Position numbers and translations under genes: made by a program
Assembly: GCA_049724395.1 (NCBI GenBank)
Contig: JAUGWO010000120.1
Span: 124,001-188,000 of the forward strand
DNA from: Spongospora subterranea f. sp. subterranea
Taxonomy: Eukaryota
Direction: 5' to 3'
Length of the DNA stretch: 64,000 bases
Part shown: positions 1-12,000 of the stretch, piece after piece
How the letters are laid out: each line of letters opens with the position of its first letter
Numbering within the stretch: the stretch's first letter is position 1
The notes under the pieces: generated by a model
Database searches by the model: none
The model's input: the letters and a program-made list of their open reading frames with translations, nothing else
Told to the model about the DNA's origin: nothing

Positions 1-796
1 TGGGTTCAGGATATTGATTTTGTGGCAAAGACCAATCCAGCATCATGTTTTCCTTAGATGGGTCATGCACGGCTGGAGCACTGCCTGAAACCAGATCTAG
101 CAGCCAGTTGTCGGTGGGCGAAGGCGCTACCGACCCACCGCTTGCTGCGGGCACCCTTTGCTTGCGCCTGGGCGCAACAATTATTGGCAACTGTACCGAT
201 GAGCTGTCATCGCTGGACGACGACGATTTTGTGATTGTGGTCGAAACCGTTGAGGATGACGGAGAATTCAAAGGTGATCTTTGAGGTACGTTTCTGTGTG
301 GCACCATTTGATAGCCAAATCCAGATATGCGCGAACGTGTTCGACGGGCAGTTTCGCGTTCTGTAATGAGACGCCCATCGTCGTCAAGTAAAGCCAAGAT
401 GCAATCGGATTTCGCACGGATTTCGGCACCTTTGTCCTGACCGTGGACCAAAAACCGGTACTTGGATAACGAAAGGAAAACGTGTCGGCGAGCCTTCATG
501 TCATCCACAAATCGTTGCAGCGCATGCCGTAAGCAGAAGTCGACCAGCTGAAGGCTCTTCTTCACGTGGAGAATCTGAGATCGATCCTGGATCCGCTTCA
601 ACAACATGATGAGTATTGAGTCGTATAAACCCGGATCTTTCATGTCTCCGCAAACAGCCATCATCGAACGCGATGACGCGGGCCACGGTTCATTCGACGT
701 AACCGCTCGCACACGGCGTTCAGCCATATTGTAATCCTTGATGGAATCTTTTGCCGAACGCAACATCGTCCGTAGGCGTTGTTTGACTAACGACAT
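1..796 (-). CDS. ENTH-domain (epsin-like) protein, runs off the window start
   Basis: ATG at 796 with an in-frame stop upstream; open to position 1, so absent from the ORF track. YNMAERRVRAVTSNEPW...LLKRIQD..HVKKSLQLVDFCLRH...GQDKGAEIRAKSDCILALLDDDGRLITERETA follows the ENTH pattern, then a Ser/Pro-rich tail. Confidence 0.85.
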   Translation of the reverse strand, partial: MSLVKQRLRTMLRSAKDSIKDYNMAERRVRAVTSNEPWPASSRSMMAVCGDMKDPGLYDSILIMLLKRIQDRSQILHVKKSLQLVDFCLRHALQRFVDDMKARRHVFLSLSKYRFLVHGQDKGAEIRAKSDCILALLDDDGRLITERETARRTRSRISGFGYQMVPHRNVPQRSPLNSPSSSTVSTTITKSSSSSDDSSSVQLPIIVAPRRKQRVPAASGGSVAPSPTDNWLLDLVSGSAPAVHDPSKENMMLDWSLPQNQYPEP

Positions 797-1356
797 GCTC
801 GCCTCAAATTTATCGAAAGCCGATTAAACAAATGCAGTCTGTCTCTCACCAGAGAAAGCCTCTGGAACCTGCTGTCGGAGGATCGGCCACCTTGGTGTCC
901 ACGCTACCACTGGTTGCGTAAAGTTCAAGCGCCAAAGTCAATTGGACACGGTTTCGCCTCAGTCGGTTACAGCAGGTCCGATTCGTCTGCGACGGAGTTT
1001 TCCGTGTTTTGACTTTCCAAACTGCAAGTCAAAGTCAAGTGTTCGCGAAAATTCCGGATACAGTACAGCCATGTCCTCAAGGGGTAATTGCGAAACCAGT
1101 TTGTTTTATCGCCAGTTGCTCTATTCAGGGAAAACGCATTGGCTGAGGTACTTACGGCAACGTCTGCCATTGATGATTGCACATTGGGTGCTTTTGTTCA
1201 GCATCTGCGAAATCACCCATTAGATGATATATATTGATAATGTGGTACAAGTGCAGCAGCGGTAAATTCGGCGTCATATCAACTCGCAGTTGCGCATAGA
1301 TTGTATTGCCTGCATTCTTCACATTTATCCAAGTTTTTTACATTTGAAAACATGGG

Positions 1357-2500
1357 TTAGAAAGCGATCAGAACGCAGCAAACAAGAGAGAGGAAGACGA
1401 CGGCGAAGACGCGCACAGACGGTGTCCCACTGAAATCGGTAGCACTGCCTTGGCTTGCACCAGCCGCATTGAGTTTCTTCCCGGGAATTGCCGTCATCGC
1501 CGGAGCCATTGTATAACGTCCCGGAACAAACTTCTTGAACGATGACGACTTGACGTTGTATATTTCGCAACGCGTTTCGCTCTGGCTGCAGGTGGAATTG
1601 GCCAGAAAGGAAGCGCAGAATGCATCCTGTGTCGACGACGTTGTGCAGACGTCAGCAGGATCCACGGAACCATCCAAGGTCCTGGAAAGGACGTAATGCC
1701 CGGTTGCTTCACCCTGGGAGAACGCTGCCGTTGTGCCGCAAAAGCCTGGGGTTGCATGGTAAGGGACAGTGAAACAGAACATTGACTCCAAAATACCGAA
1801 TTTACTGCAATACTGAATTGTACCGAGACCGTCTGCATTTACAGGGCAGCCCTAGAACAAGCCATGGTCACTCATTTGACTCAAAGGCACATCGAACGAT
1901 GATGAAAGCACATCGCGTTAGCAAACCGAACGCGGTCACCTCTAGACAGTTGGAGAATAAATTGGCTTACATAATCACCAAAAAATGGTCCACAGCGCAC
2001 GACGGCTTTAGAGTAATCGCCACGAGCGTCAAAATCGCTGGCCTGGACGTTGAACAGTTCGCAACGCGTATCGGATAGGCTACAAGTAGCGGACGCCGCA
2101 ATCGCGTTACAGAAAGCACCAGGATCTGGACGCGTCGTGCAAACATCTGTTGACGCCACACTTCCATCAAGAGAACTACTGTAAATATAGTGGCCGGCGG
2201 TTTGCTGCGCTTTGAAAGTGCTGTCGGTGCCGCAGAAACCCCATTTGGAGCAGTATTGCACCACACCAGATGTTCCATCGACATTATATGGACAACCTGA
2301 AGCACCAAAGCTTAAGTGAGTCAAGGATCACTGGTCTCAAAATTATTCAAACGAAAAATGGATGCTGAAACTATGCTGTTGCAGTTTGATAATGGGACAA
2401 GCAGACCTTGCATATTGAAAAATGGCCCACATCGATCGACTTTTTGTGCTACTGCACAGAGGAAAACATTGATCCAAATAAGAATCCCAAGGTGAGACAT
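1357..2500 (-). CDS. Secreted or surface protein with two tandem hevein-like (CBM18-like) modules
   Basis: Exons 2500-2407, 2296-1971, 1851-1797 and 1745-1357 join in phase at GT-AG. Signal peptide MSHLGILIWINVFLCAVA; repeats RCGPFFNMQGCP..QYCSKWGFCGT and RCGPFFGDYGCP..QYCSKFGFCGT; hydrophobic C-terminus (TM or GPI signal). Confidence 0.8.
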
Positions 2501-3270
2501 GTTAGTCAGGAGGTATAATGGAATGTTTAATCCCTTTGAGCAAACTTGTCCAGTTCAAACCCAGCAAATGTACAAGATTGGCTGGAATCGGCACGCGTCA
2601 CAAGATTTGAGCGAATCTATTGAACCGTTGTTTTGCTGACCATGGAGCCTGCCTGTCTTTGGTCGATACTCCATATTAGTTTTCAAGAGGTATTCACCCT
2701 GTAGGTTTGTATAAATTACCGAAGAATCGACCGAAGAAACTGATAAAACAGAGTCTGTTGTATTTGTGCACTGCAAGGAATGTGTATTGAAATGTTGAGC
2801 ACATTGGATGGAACTATTTGCACATCTGAATCCTTCAACTATCTACACAAACATAGGGGTTAGACCTTCAATTATTTGAGGTGGACGAGCATTGCAATCA
2901 AAATACCAAGGTAGGTAGGCGGCGCAAAAAAGGCAGTTAAATAAGACACAAATTCCAGTCAAATTCCCAATAGACCCTGGAGAACTCAGCAGTGCCCGAA
3001 CCAGCGAGCGCCGTTCTGACGTGCAAACGTTCTGCAATGTCATTTGTCTACATCATTGTAAATACTCGTCGCCAACAAAGTTTGATCACGTTAGTTGTCA
3101 CAATCCCTTGCCCATGCATGGCGCAACATTTTAAACGACCCGTTGTGGTTGGCAACTCAGCAGTCAGTTGAACTACAGGGTAGGATCACTGTAAGTGTAG
3201 CGGCGCGACAACGCGTCCTACCTGTATTTCTTCCCTGCAGAACTGTGTGCCCGATATCACATTCTAGACC

Positions 3271-4406
3271 ATGAAGACTAATTATGACCGGTCTCCTGGT
3301 GGTTATCGGGTCCATTGGGGAATTTTTCTGATAGGCGTAGGCGCGTTTGTGCTGTTATTGCAGCTCTACCACCAGTCGGAAGAAGCCGTCCGCCAGCATA
3401 CGCTCTCCACCCTCAATGAGAGAATTGGAATTGCAGAATCCTTGTTAATCCACCCACCTACGGGCTGCCATCTTCTGCCCCGCGCCAACATGTTCGCAAA
3501 GGACTTTTTCCAAAATCTTGAGCCGGATCACGCTCCTGATTTCTCCCTTCTCTCAGCATGGCTAAAACCGGAGTATCCCAGTGCTGTAGTTGCTCCCCGA
3601 GAAATTCCTGAGATTTACAAGGACGCCTTCACTATGGGCGGTAGCATCCCTGTCACCGAGTTCTACTTTAACCAAGCATATTTGGGCAACATCGAACAGT
3701 TGCCGAGCAATGTCTGGACCAAAGTTAGCGTTGAAGAATACATGGAGTCGACAAAAACAACTGCCAAATACGGAAGCGACGGGCTGAATATTAACATCGG
3801 ATTGGAAAAATACAACATATTCGTCGCAGGGAAAAGAGGAATAGTCATCGGATCAGGTGGGTTTATTGTACATTTCCTCTTTTTCGTTAAACTAAACTGT
3901 AAAAGAGCACCCATGGGTTGAAGCGATGGCGCTGCGCGCTGGTTCTGGTCCGATTTTAACCGTAGAATTTGGAAAGATTGTGTCTGAACATCCGATGATA
4001 TCGACAATGGTCCCTAAGGAGTTCACAGAGAAGTTTCTGAACGGGGCAATCAAGCCGTTCGACTATGGGATATCTTTCTCAAGCTTGGAGCACGATGGCC
4101 TTGGCCGATATGGTGATATTCTGAACCCGATTGGGAGATCTTCAGTCAATGGCGAAAGCACTTTCATATATTAAGCCCGGCGGATTCTTCTTTCTCGGCT
4201 TAATGAATGGAGACGACTCTTTAGCATTTAATGCTCATCGAGTTTATGGCAAGATTCGTATGCCGAAAATCATGGCGGGGTTGGAATCTGCATCATCATC
4301 ATCCTGTTATGCTAAATTTGTCTAATCTAGATGGCATTTCGTGGACGTGATCATGGGAGGTGGCCAACATTTAGTCATCATGCAAAACCGGAATGGGTGC
4401 TTGTAA
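3271..4406 (+). CDS. DUF268-like type II membrane protein; apparent +1 frameshift near 4133
   Basis: N-terminal TM; spliced VIGSEHPWVEAM; FSSLEHDGLGRYGD..NPIGDLQSM..IKPGG..FNAHRVYGKIR motifs; two short introns; one extra G in GGG at 4133-4135 breaks the frame. Confidence 0.75.
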
Positions 4407-5222
4407 TATTCTGATATCTATGGCACTGTTCAAATTTCTCGCGCATCGAAGCTAAAGTTTCCCCTTTTCTTATGCATTGGATGCTGTACTTTAGTGAGAA
4501 ATACTCATGTGTGATAATCTTATGTTGAGCTACTTTTACATATATTTCGCAAAAATCATTTAGTTCCTGATGGACATCATCTGTCGTTCACCGAAAATAC
4601 GCCCACTATTATAGATCGGCGTCTGGGTGTGAAAATCTCCATGCTGAATTTGCGTCTGAGTAACCTTTTGAATGGCCTTTATTTCCTGAGATATGACCAT
4701 GATCGGAGAGGTTTCGCATTGATGCTATGAGGTATTCCTGACCCTTTATCTCAAAAGTAATCTTTGTTATCGGGACGAAATTCTTTGGGCAATTTCAATG
4801 ATCGAGATTGAATGCGCAAATCATACTCAGTCAATGTTCGACTCCTCCAGTCTCTGCAATCATAGCAATATTGTTGCGATGACACAAATAAATTGCAGCT
4901 TGATTAGAGTGTACTCTGTGAGAAACCTGACTAGATTGTCGTTTATGGTAATGGGTGCATTATCGCCTTCATGAATATTGCTAGAATAATACATCATGTA
5001 CAAACAAAAATGTCGTTGGTTTACATTGATGGGCGATATTGAGGGTGTCGGACACCAGATCATGGTGGGAGTATGTGAATATTAAGGCATGCGCAATATA
5101 ATTAAATTGCACACTGGATTTGGGTATTCTGTTAAATATTCCAGGCCGTAATGGTGGAATCGGTTTCTATCGAGTCGGAGTCTTTGGCGTTCATCCCCAC
5201 ATCTTTCTGTTGGTCTCACGTG

Positions 5223-6410
5223 ATGACGAGGCGAGCGCTGCTGTTCATCATAACCATCCAAGCATTGATAGCATTTCAATATCTGGCACCGCCGTTGGAT
5301 TCTGCCACTCTTTTCTCGTCTTCTCTTGACACGGAACCTCTCTCGGTTGTCTCAAATGACGATCGTTATCTCTCATTCACATCCTATGGGCGCCTATCGA
5401 ATAACCTCATTGAACTTGCCAATGTTATAGAAATCGCCAAACAGACCGGCCACAAGATTCTAGTTTATCCCTTATCAGCAGATCGCAATACCGATATGTA
5501 CAGCCTTTCATGGATTCAAATACTGAATATTGAACAGATTCAACAATATCTTGATCCATTAGGGCCACATTGTGTCATTCGTGGTCTTAACTCTATAGAC
5601 ACTGATCAAGATATCACGAATTATATGGAACACGGTATCAGGTTGATCTCGGACGGTTTATGCAATGGAGAAGGGCACGATTCGTTATGGTCGTTAAGGG
5701 ATCCTGCGTCATGGTCATCTAATTGTCGATTATTGCCATGGAGCCATGCGGCATGGATCGCTCCTGCAATGAACCGGTCATTGCCCCTTCTCGCGTATTC
5801 ACCCGATAGAGCACATTGCACTCTTCCAACTGGTCTCCAGTGCAGTCAAGAGAATGTTCAATACGATCTGGATGTGATGACGGTCCAGTACGATCCATTA
5901 CCATTCATCAGACAATCATCGTCGAGATTGATCATATTGACGGGGGATGTCGCTTTCCACACCGAATCGGTTGCACCTTTCCATCTATCGTATAACGACA
6001 ATATAAAAACACTGGCGGGTAAGACAATATCCCAGGTTTCTCAACCAATGTTGTGTATGCATGTGAGAAGAGGAGATCTGAGCCTGGTCGATCAATCTCA
6101 ATATATCGCCATCGCTAACGAGCTGTTGACCAATGGCACTGTTAGTGATGTATTCATCATCACCAACGGCGATCAAGGCGAGTTGCAACAGTTGCATGAA
6201 GGGATCGGGCGTATTGGGGCAGTTGGATGTGATCCAAACAGTATTGAGGCATGTAAGGCGAGCAGGACGATGAAGGCCGCTATCGAACAACAAGCTTGTG
6301 CTCAGGCCCATATATTTATAGGGTCTCCAGCTAGCACATTCACTCAAATCATTATCAATATCAGACAACAGCAGAACTTCCCCCCATCGTCCTCCATTAT
6401 TTTACAATAA
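5223..6410 (+). CDS. O-fucosyltransferase-like glycosyltransferase, intronless
   Basis: N-terminal anchor; GRLSNN, CMHVRRGD, VFIITN and AIEQQACAQAHIFIGSPASTFT match the GDP-fucose transferase motif set. Confidence 0.8.
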   Translation: MTRRALLFIITIQALIAFQYLAPPLDSATLFSSSLDTEPLSVVSNDDRYLSFTSYGRLSNNLIELANVIEIAKQTGHKILVYPLSADRNTDMYSLSWIQILNIEQIQQYLDPLGPHCVIRGLNSIDTDQDITNYMEHGIRLISDGLCNGEGHDSLWSLRDPASWSSNCRLLPWSHAAWIAPAMNRSLPLLAYSPDRAHCTLPTGLQCSQENVQYDLDVMTVQYDPLPFIRQSSSRLIILTGDVAFHTESVAPFHLSYNDNIKTLAGKTISQVSQPMLCMHVRRGDLSLVDQSQYIAIANELLTNGTVSDVFIITNGDQGELQQLHEGIGRIGAVGCDPNSIEACKASRTMKAAIEQQACAQAHIFIGSPASTFTQIIINIRQQQNFPPSSSIILQ

Positions 6411-7489
6411 GCAATCCCACCCCTATTTATCTCTATTTAATGCCAACGATATAAGTAAACAATAATGTAATTACTGTTAATAATCCTCATGTCGGTATTG
6501 ACCCTGGATATGGGTTAGGTCGCTCCGACCTGTATTGTACTTGAACTTGAAAAACTATAACACCTACAGTAATAGTATGATTTACTGCTTTCCCCATCAT
6601 AACCCTATCGCTATTGCCTTGTCGGGGGTTCTCCCCACTCGATAAGGCCACATTGAGCATCGCGATATAGGCGCCTCCATCTCGTTGACCACCACCACCA
6701 CGCCCATCCGGTTCAGTAAACAAAACCATCGACTACACATAATCATAATTGCGACGAGAGGCACTGCAACATCTCGTTCATCTTTTACTGAATTATCAAA
6801 CTATGAAGAAGGTCCAAACTGTATGTACCATATCCAGAGATGACAAACGGCAACGATTACAGGTGACGAGGACTTAGAACCTTGATCGGATCACTTTTCC
6901 TACTTCCGATATTGAATGTGGAACCTGTGCCATTACTTTAGAATAGTTTTCGACTAGTAACAAATCGGAAACGCTCTTATTAGTTATAAACAAACCCATT
7001 CCGGACCCCTACCCGACAATACATCAAGCGGTTGCTACATATCATCCAACTCATAAAAGGAGTTCCAGCAGGCCCACCATCTACACCAATTGCGCTGCCT
7101 TGCAGCACTCCATTGTAAATTAACTTCCATCAATTTTGAATCCAAACATTCTCAATGAGGACAGACCTTCAGTTAACATTTCAGATTCAGATTTACAAGT
7201 TGACCTGGTATGAAGGCTATAAAAGGAGATCCATTGACATATTCTCTATAATATGACAGTCGATGATTGTCGTTCCGCCTGCACATCCTCCTTTGTCAAT
7301 GACTTAGAGACAATGACACACAGTACAGCCCTAGTCATTTAGTCAGAACACCCATTTGCATCGGAAAATGTCACAAACCGCCAGAAGGAATCAAGACGAT
7401 ATATCGTATCCTATTCTTCCAATGATTCCACTATACTATCTCTCTCCAATGTCAATCATGATCCAAGCTATGACCAGATGCTGAAATAA

Positions 7490-8060
7490 TCATAAAAAAG
7501 ATGCAGGCGGACGATGGCCATTAATTGCTTTATTACAGCGACCTGTAATAATAGTGGGTGAATCAGCGGAATGAGGTGGGAATTTCAATAAAGTGTTAAT
7601 TGGTTTACCAGAAGTGATGAACGCTATTGTTATTATTAGCATTGATGATTGGGATATCTGATCGATCTGAGTGTTTGAGTAAGACCATGTAAGGTTGATA
7701 TTTGGGATATTATTATGCATCTGCTGTAAAGGTTGTTGTAATTGTTCTTCTGCGCCTGACATGATAAAGAAAATATCGCCAATATACCGTCGATATGCGA
7801 TAGTTTCGATGGCAAAGTAATGGTCAACCGCATTTAGAGCTGCATTAGTAACCATGGCTATGCCTTGTACTTGGTAAGAGATATCGTTTGCCATACTTGA
7901 ACAATTAACAGTCAATTATGCCTGAAGATAAACTCGAATATGCGGTTAAGATATGTGTTTTAGGTTCGATGATATTGTAGAGGATGACCATATTCGTGTT
8001 GAGGGAGGATAGGTTCGCATTTAGCGAGAAAAGAGGCTATTCCATTAGCACCAGCACATC
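7490..8060 (-). mobile_element. Degenerate Penelope-like retroelement RT remnant
   Basis: YQVQGIAMVTNAA, YRRYIGDIFFIMSG (YIDD mutated), LQQMHNNIPNINLTWSYS and upstream SSLNTNM resemble the PLE RT core; stops and deletions present. Confidence 0.7.
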
Positions 8061-8899
8061 GATTGGCGAATACTGCATATGCTCTCAGGGTTTGAAGCAA
8101 AATCCAAACTAGATTCGTAATCACAAACCTATCCTCTCAAGAACCAGTCAATCTACACAAGGCAACCACGCTCAGCAATGCACTGTCTGGGAAAATCAAT
8201 ATACGGCGAGAACGCTGCTGATGGAGAAACTCTCGACAGCTACGTTAAGAATATCGCGCCATCGCCATCGACCCTTGCCCGCCTCAGCGGGTCATTGACC
8301 GAATCCCATATCTGTCAGTCTCGCCCTCGCCCATTGTCTGCCCGCAGATTGGCCATCTTGTTTCCGGCATAGAATGATGAGCATATGGGTTGGTCGAGTC
8401 CTTAAACGACTGGATTATTCGGAAAGAATTGGCAGACTTCACAACAAGACGGCTTGCAGTTGTCCGACAGACGTCAGAGCGCATTCGCCAATTCGCCATT
8501 AACCTCAATGTCGATGATCCACTTGATGCTGACCCTGCTTATCGAGAAGATAGTATGCTCGTGCCCAACTGTGAGCAACACATTAACACTCGTTGAGAAA
8601 TAGAAAGTGAGTTTACCACAATGGTCATGGCTTCCTTAGTTTTGTCAAGGCTTTTTCCACCATTGAACATCGAGACCGGAATGTTTCCTGTAAAGCGTAT
8701 CCTGTTGTGGCTGACCGATCATCTACCACATTTTGATCAGCTGATCATAGCCTGGCTCGCAACCAAATATGGATCCGAGTTAATCGGAATGGTTGATCTG
8801 GGGTAAATCAATGAAGTCATTGACTTCCGTACATTAATTATGCAATATTGACGCCAATAACCCATGAAATGAGAACACAAATCAAATACGACTCTCTCT

Positions 8900-10520
8900 T
8901 CTGAGTCATTTCAAAACGACCCTGTCTGAGTTCGAAAATTCAATCGGATTGGCCAATCGCAAGTCAATGGGATTGGCTGGGGCGGTATAAACCCCACACG
9001 ACGCCAACTCAAATCATTGTCTGCACACCCATATGAAGAGATTGAAGCCGGAGCAGAATGTATTGTTGCCAGTAAAGTCGGAGATATGATGGCCCGTATG
9101 AACCTATCCATGGCGCCAACGACTTGACGGGGTCGCCAGATTAGCGGCGAATTCCTCCCGGCAAGACGGCTGCGTGTTCCGAGGTCTTATTCTTCTTACT
9201 CTTCTTTTTGAATCAATTGGAGATTTCTCATCGCTTCTCATCTTGAGCGAGAACGCACCTACACAGTTCAGCCCGAGCATGATTGCCGTATTGTCATGTC
9301 GTCCAGAAACTCCCCCGATATCGAGTTGTCAACCAACTTATGCGATAGGGATGCAGACATTTTTAAGCCTGATAGTCGGTTAAATCAATGTTGATAAGCC
9401 TTTGGAACCTGTTATGACAGTGTTGGGCTCTGGGATGGCGTAAGTCTACACGTTGAAGGCGTGTGGGGTACCTGTTCTTTACAGTTGCAAGTTCAGTGGG
9501 AGATCCACAACGCCATAGCTGAGGGCGTGAGGCATGGAACTGGCAGTCGGTCAACACACCCCGAATAATACAGGGCCATAGCGCCATGGCTCCTGATACG
9601 GCCATCCCTGAATATATTTTCCACCTGTAGGATTGAAACAGCGCTCAATAGCTGATTGTAAGCTCCAGGATTGTTTCACGACCCCCAGGCGGTGGTTATG
9701 ATGCCGTTGAAGTAATCGCATACCGGGCCAATACCACATGAATGTGATGCGCCATCGGCAAAATGGACACGGGAGTTCCGGGACGCAATACCTTGTAATC
9801 AATATAAGCCATGAGCGATTTGGCAATCATGCTCGAGCAAAACTGTGTCGCCCAAAATGAGGAGCAATGCGAAATCCCCAATTGCCTTCAAAAAGGAATT
9901 CGATTCCGGAACACGCAGCCTTATTGCCTGGGACCCCGTCAAGCAAACCGTCGTTGGCAACATGAACAGGTCCATACGAGCCACCACATCTCGAACCTTA
10001 CCTGGCAACAACATCTCCTCAGCCGGCGTCAGTATCTTCATGCTGGTGTACCGGCATGGGATGAGTTGGCGTCGCCTGACGTCCTGTGGGCTTCTTACCA
10101 TCGCGGTAATCCCGTTGACTTGCCATTGATCCATCCGATTTTCGAACCCAGGTTCGTTTTACACCGAACTAGGGTTGAGCACCTAAGTGAGTTCTGTCTG
10201 TTGGCAAATGCATTATTCAAACCAGTAGCCGAAATGGCTGTATGCCTCAAAAACGCTGCCGCTCTGCTCTGTTCGGCCGCCCAATATATTTCGTTTCGCT
10301 ACCAATGATTTCAGTGCTAAAATCATACGTTTGGTGTAAGCTGCGATGGAATCACGCGAACGCCTTCCAGTCGGATATTTCCCCGATAGAGGCGCCGAAG
10401 TGGCCTAAACTATCTGATGCGATCGCGAGAGGGGATTCATACTTCTCAATGTGCATTTTGAGAGTTAAAGTGAAAAAACAGGATTTCCTAGTTGCATTGG
10501 CTTTCGTTAAGAGCGCATGC
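8900..10520 (-). mobile_element. Possible highly decayed non-LTR retroelement 3' region
   Basis: Intronless broken frames with a CPFC...HIHVVL zinc-knuckle-like stretch and a weakly RT-terminal-like segment; weak resemblance only. Confidence 0.25.
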
Positions 10521-10637
10521 AGTATACATGGTTATGTCTTCAAATCTTTATCAAAATGAAGCAATAAGTTTATTGGCTCACCTTCATGTCGTGAGCACAC
10601 TGGTGAGGCCTTGTCGAGATACTGTGAGTAGTCCGTG

Positions 10638-10676
10638 GGTCCCATAATATTTTGAAATGATGAGGTGATATATAAG
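10638..10676 (+). promoter_or_regulatory. USE-like motif GGTCCCATAA plus TATA box of U3 copy 1
   Basis: GGTCCCATAA at 10638-10647 and TATATAA at 10669-10675; the same 10-mer sits at a similar distance before U3 copy 2 and the C/D RNA at 54681. Confidence 0.7.
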
Positions 10677-10701
10677 GACTGACAATTGGTTGTTAATGAT
10701 C

Positions 10702-10926
10702 AAGATCATACTTGTACAGGATCACTTCTATAGTGATTTCACCTGTCTAGTCATTCCCAAAAATGACAGATCTACCCAACCTGGACGATGATCAATAGGT
10801 GCTCTCGCTTAGCGTGAGGCTGGGCTCTGTTCCATATCATATCATGATAGGAATGGGCGCCCACGATGACCGTATTACTTGCCATCATTCCGGCTTGTGA
10901 TTGCGGGAGCACCATTCTGACAGGTT
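10702..10926 (+). ncRNA. U3: U3 snoRNA, copy 1 (about 225 nt)
   Basis: 5' AAGATCATACTT..CAGGATCACTTCTATAG (boxes A' and A), C' GACGATGA 10784, B TAGCGTGA 10810, C CGATGA 10864, D CTGA 10917, terminal stem AACCTG/CAGGTT. Confidence 0.93.
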
Positions 10927-11007
10927 CATCACATCAAACCCCATAACTAATCAAAACGAACGAATCGCAGATTGATCATTGAACTGCTTTGGCAAAATAC
11001 ATTGAGT

Positions 11008-12000
11008 TTATATTAACATAATTGATATTGGGAATTCAATGAAACCATTCACAATATGATTTCTGGCGAAATTCGAACCGATTCTTGCGATCGGTATTGT
11101 ACAGATTTCATAATAATCCCCAGGCACTGTCCATTTCATAATGGCATCTGACGGTTGTTGATTGTGGTTCATCTCGTCAGGCGTTGACCATAATCTAACA
11201 CTGGTTGAAAACGGCGTTGGCAAATGATTAGTGACGCTGGAAGACGGTGCCTTCAACTGAATTTTGATGATATACCAAGACGGTTGTTGAGGTTGAATCT
11301 GCCTGGAATACAGATCCACCTGCCATTCATATCCACACCATTGGAATATTGATGATGACGACGGAATCGCCGATGATGATGGGACCGGTACACGACAGAG
11401 TATTCGGCGAACTCGTTGCCCGTTGTCCACACGCAATGATCGTGAGTCATTAACAACTGAGATCAGTTCAGGGCACGAGCGAGATATCTGTTGAGTGTCA
11501 AACGGCATCCATCGACTCCATCGTACCGATTCTAGAAGCTGTCGAAGGAGGTGCCCCCTATTTGTATGGTCATGAGCGATCCACCGGTGGATGGCGATAA
11601 CCAGAGTGGATTCGTATGTGATCCACAGTTGTTGAGATTGAACCACTTCCAGGAAATCATCGACATTTATTGAGCCGAAACCAGAAATTGTGGAGACGGA
11701 CTCAAATATCTGGGCCATATAATCCAGAATGAGGTGATATCGATCATCATATCCGACAATCTGATACAAGTCAGAGATCGTGATGAGATCTTGTCCTGTT
11801 GGGTCGGCAGCGCGACCGATCAAATAAGACTTCAATTGCTGCTGTTCGATTGGCGATTGCATCAAATCGATGATTATCCGCTCGAAATCCAGCAAAGCAA
11901 TGCGTTGGTTTGATATGCACTTCCAATCGGATATCAGGCGCATACATTCTGGCCGATGAAGGAGACGTTTGGTTTGAACCGTTTTAGATCGTGTTCTCAT
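11008..12000 (-). CDS. BACK-domain protein with a beta-rich (MATH-like) C-terminus
   Basis: 330-aa ORF; DDFLEVVQSQQLWITYESTLVIAIHRWIAHD...LLESVRW is BACK-like; FQWCGYEWQVDLY is MATH-like. A possible upstream exon lies near 12195-12440. Confidence 0.6.
   Translation of the reverse strand: MRTRSKTVQTKRLLHRPECMRLISDWKCISNQRIALLDFERIIIDLMQSPIEQQQLKSYLIGRAADPTGQDLITISDLYQIVGYDDRYHLILDYMAQIFESVSTISGFGSINVDDFLEVVQSQQLWITYESTLVIAIHRWIAHDHTNRGHLLRQLLESVRWSRWMPFDTQQISRSCPELISVVNDSRSLRVDNGQRVRRILCRVPVPSSSAIPSSSSIFQWCGYEWQVDLYSRQIQPQQPSWYIIKIQLKAPSSSVTNHLPTPFSTSVRLWSTPDEMNHNQQPSDAIMKWTVPGDYYEICTIPIARIGSNFARNHIVNGFIEFPISIMLI

Noticed and set aside
6600..6607. TAACCCTA as a telomerase RNA template
   Set aside because: Only 8 nt, partly buried in a predicted stem, no pseudoknot identified, and the telomere repeat of this organism is unknown.
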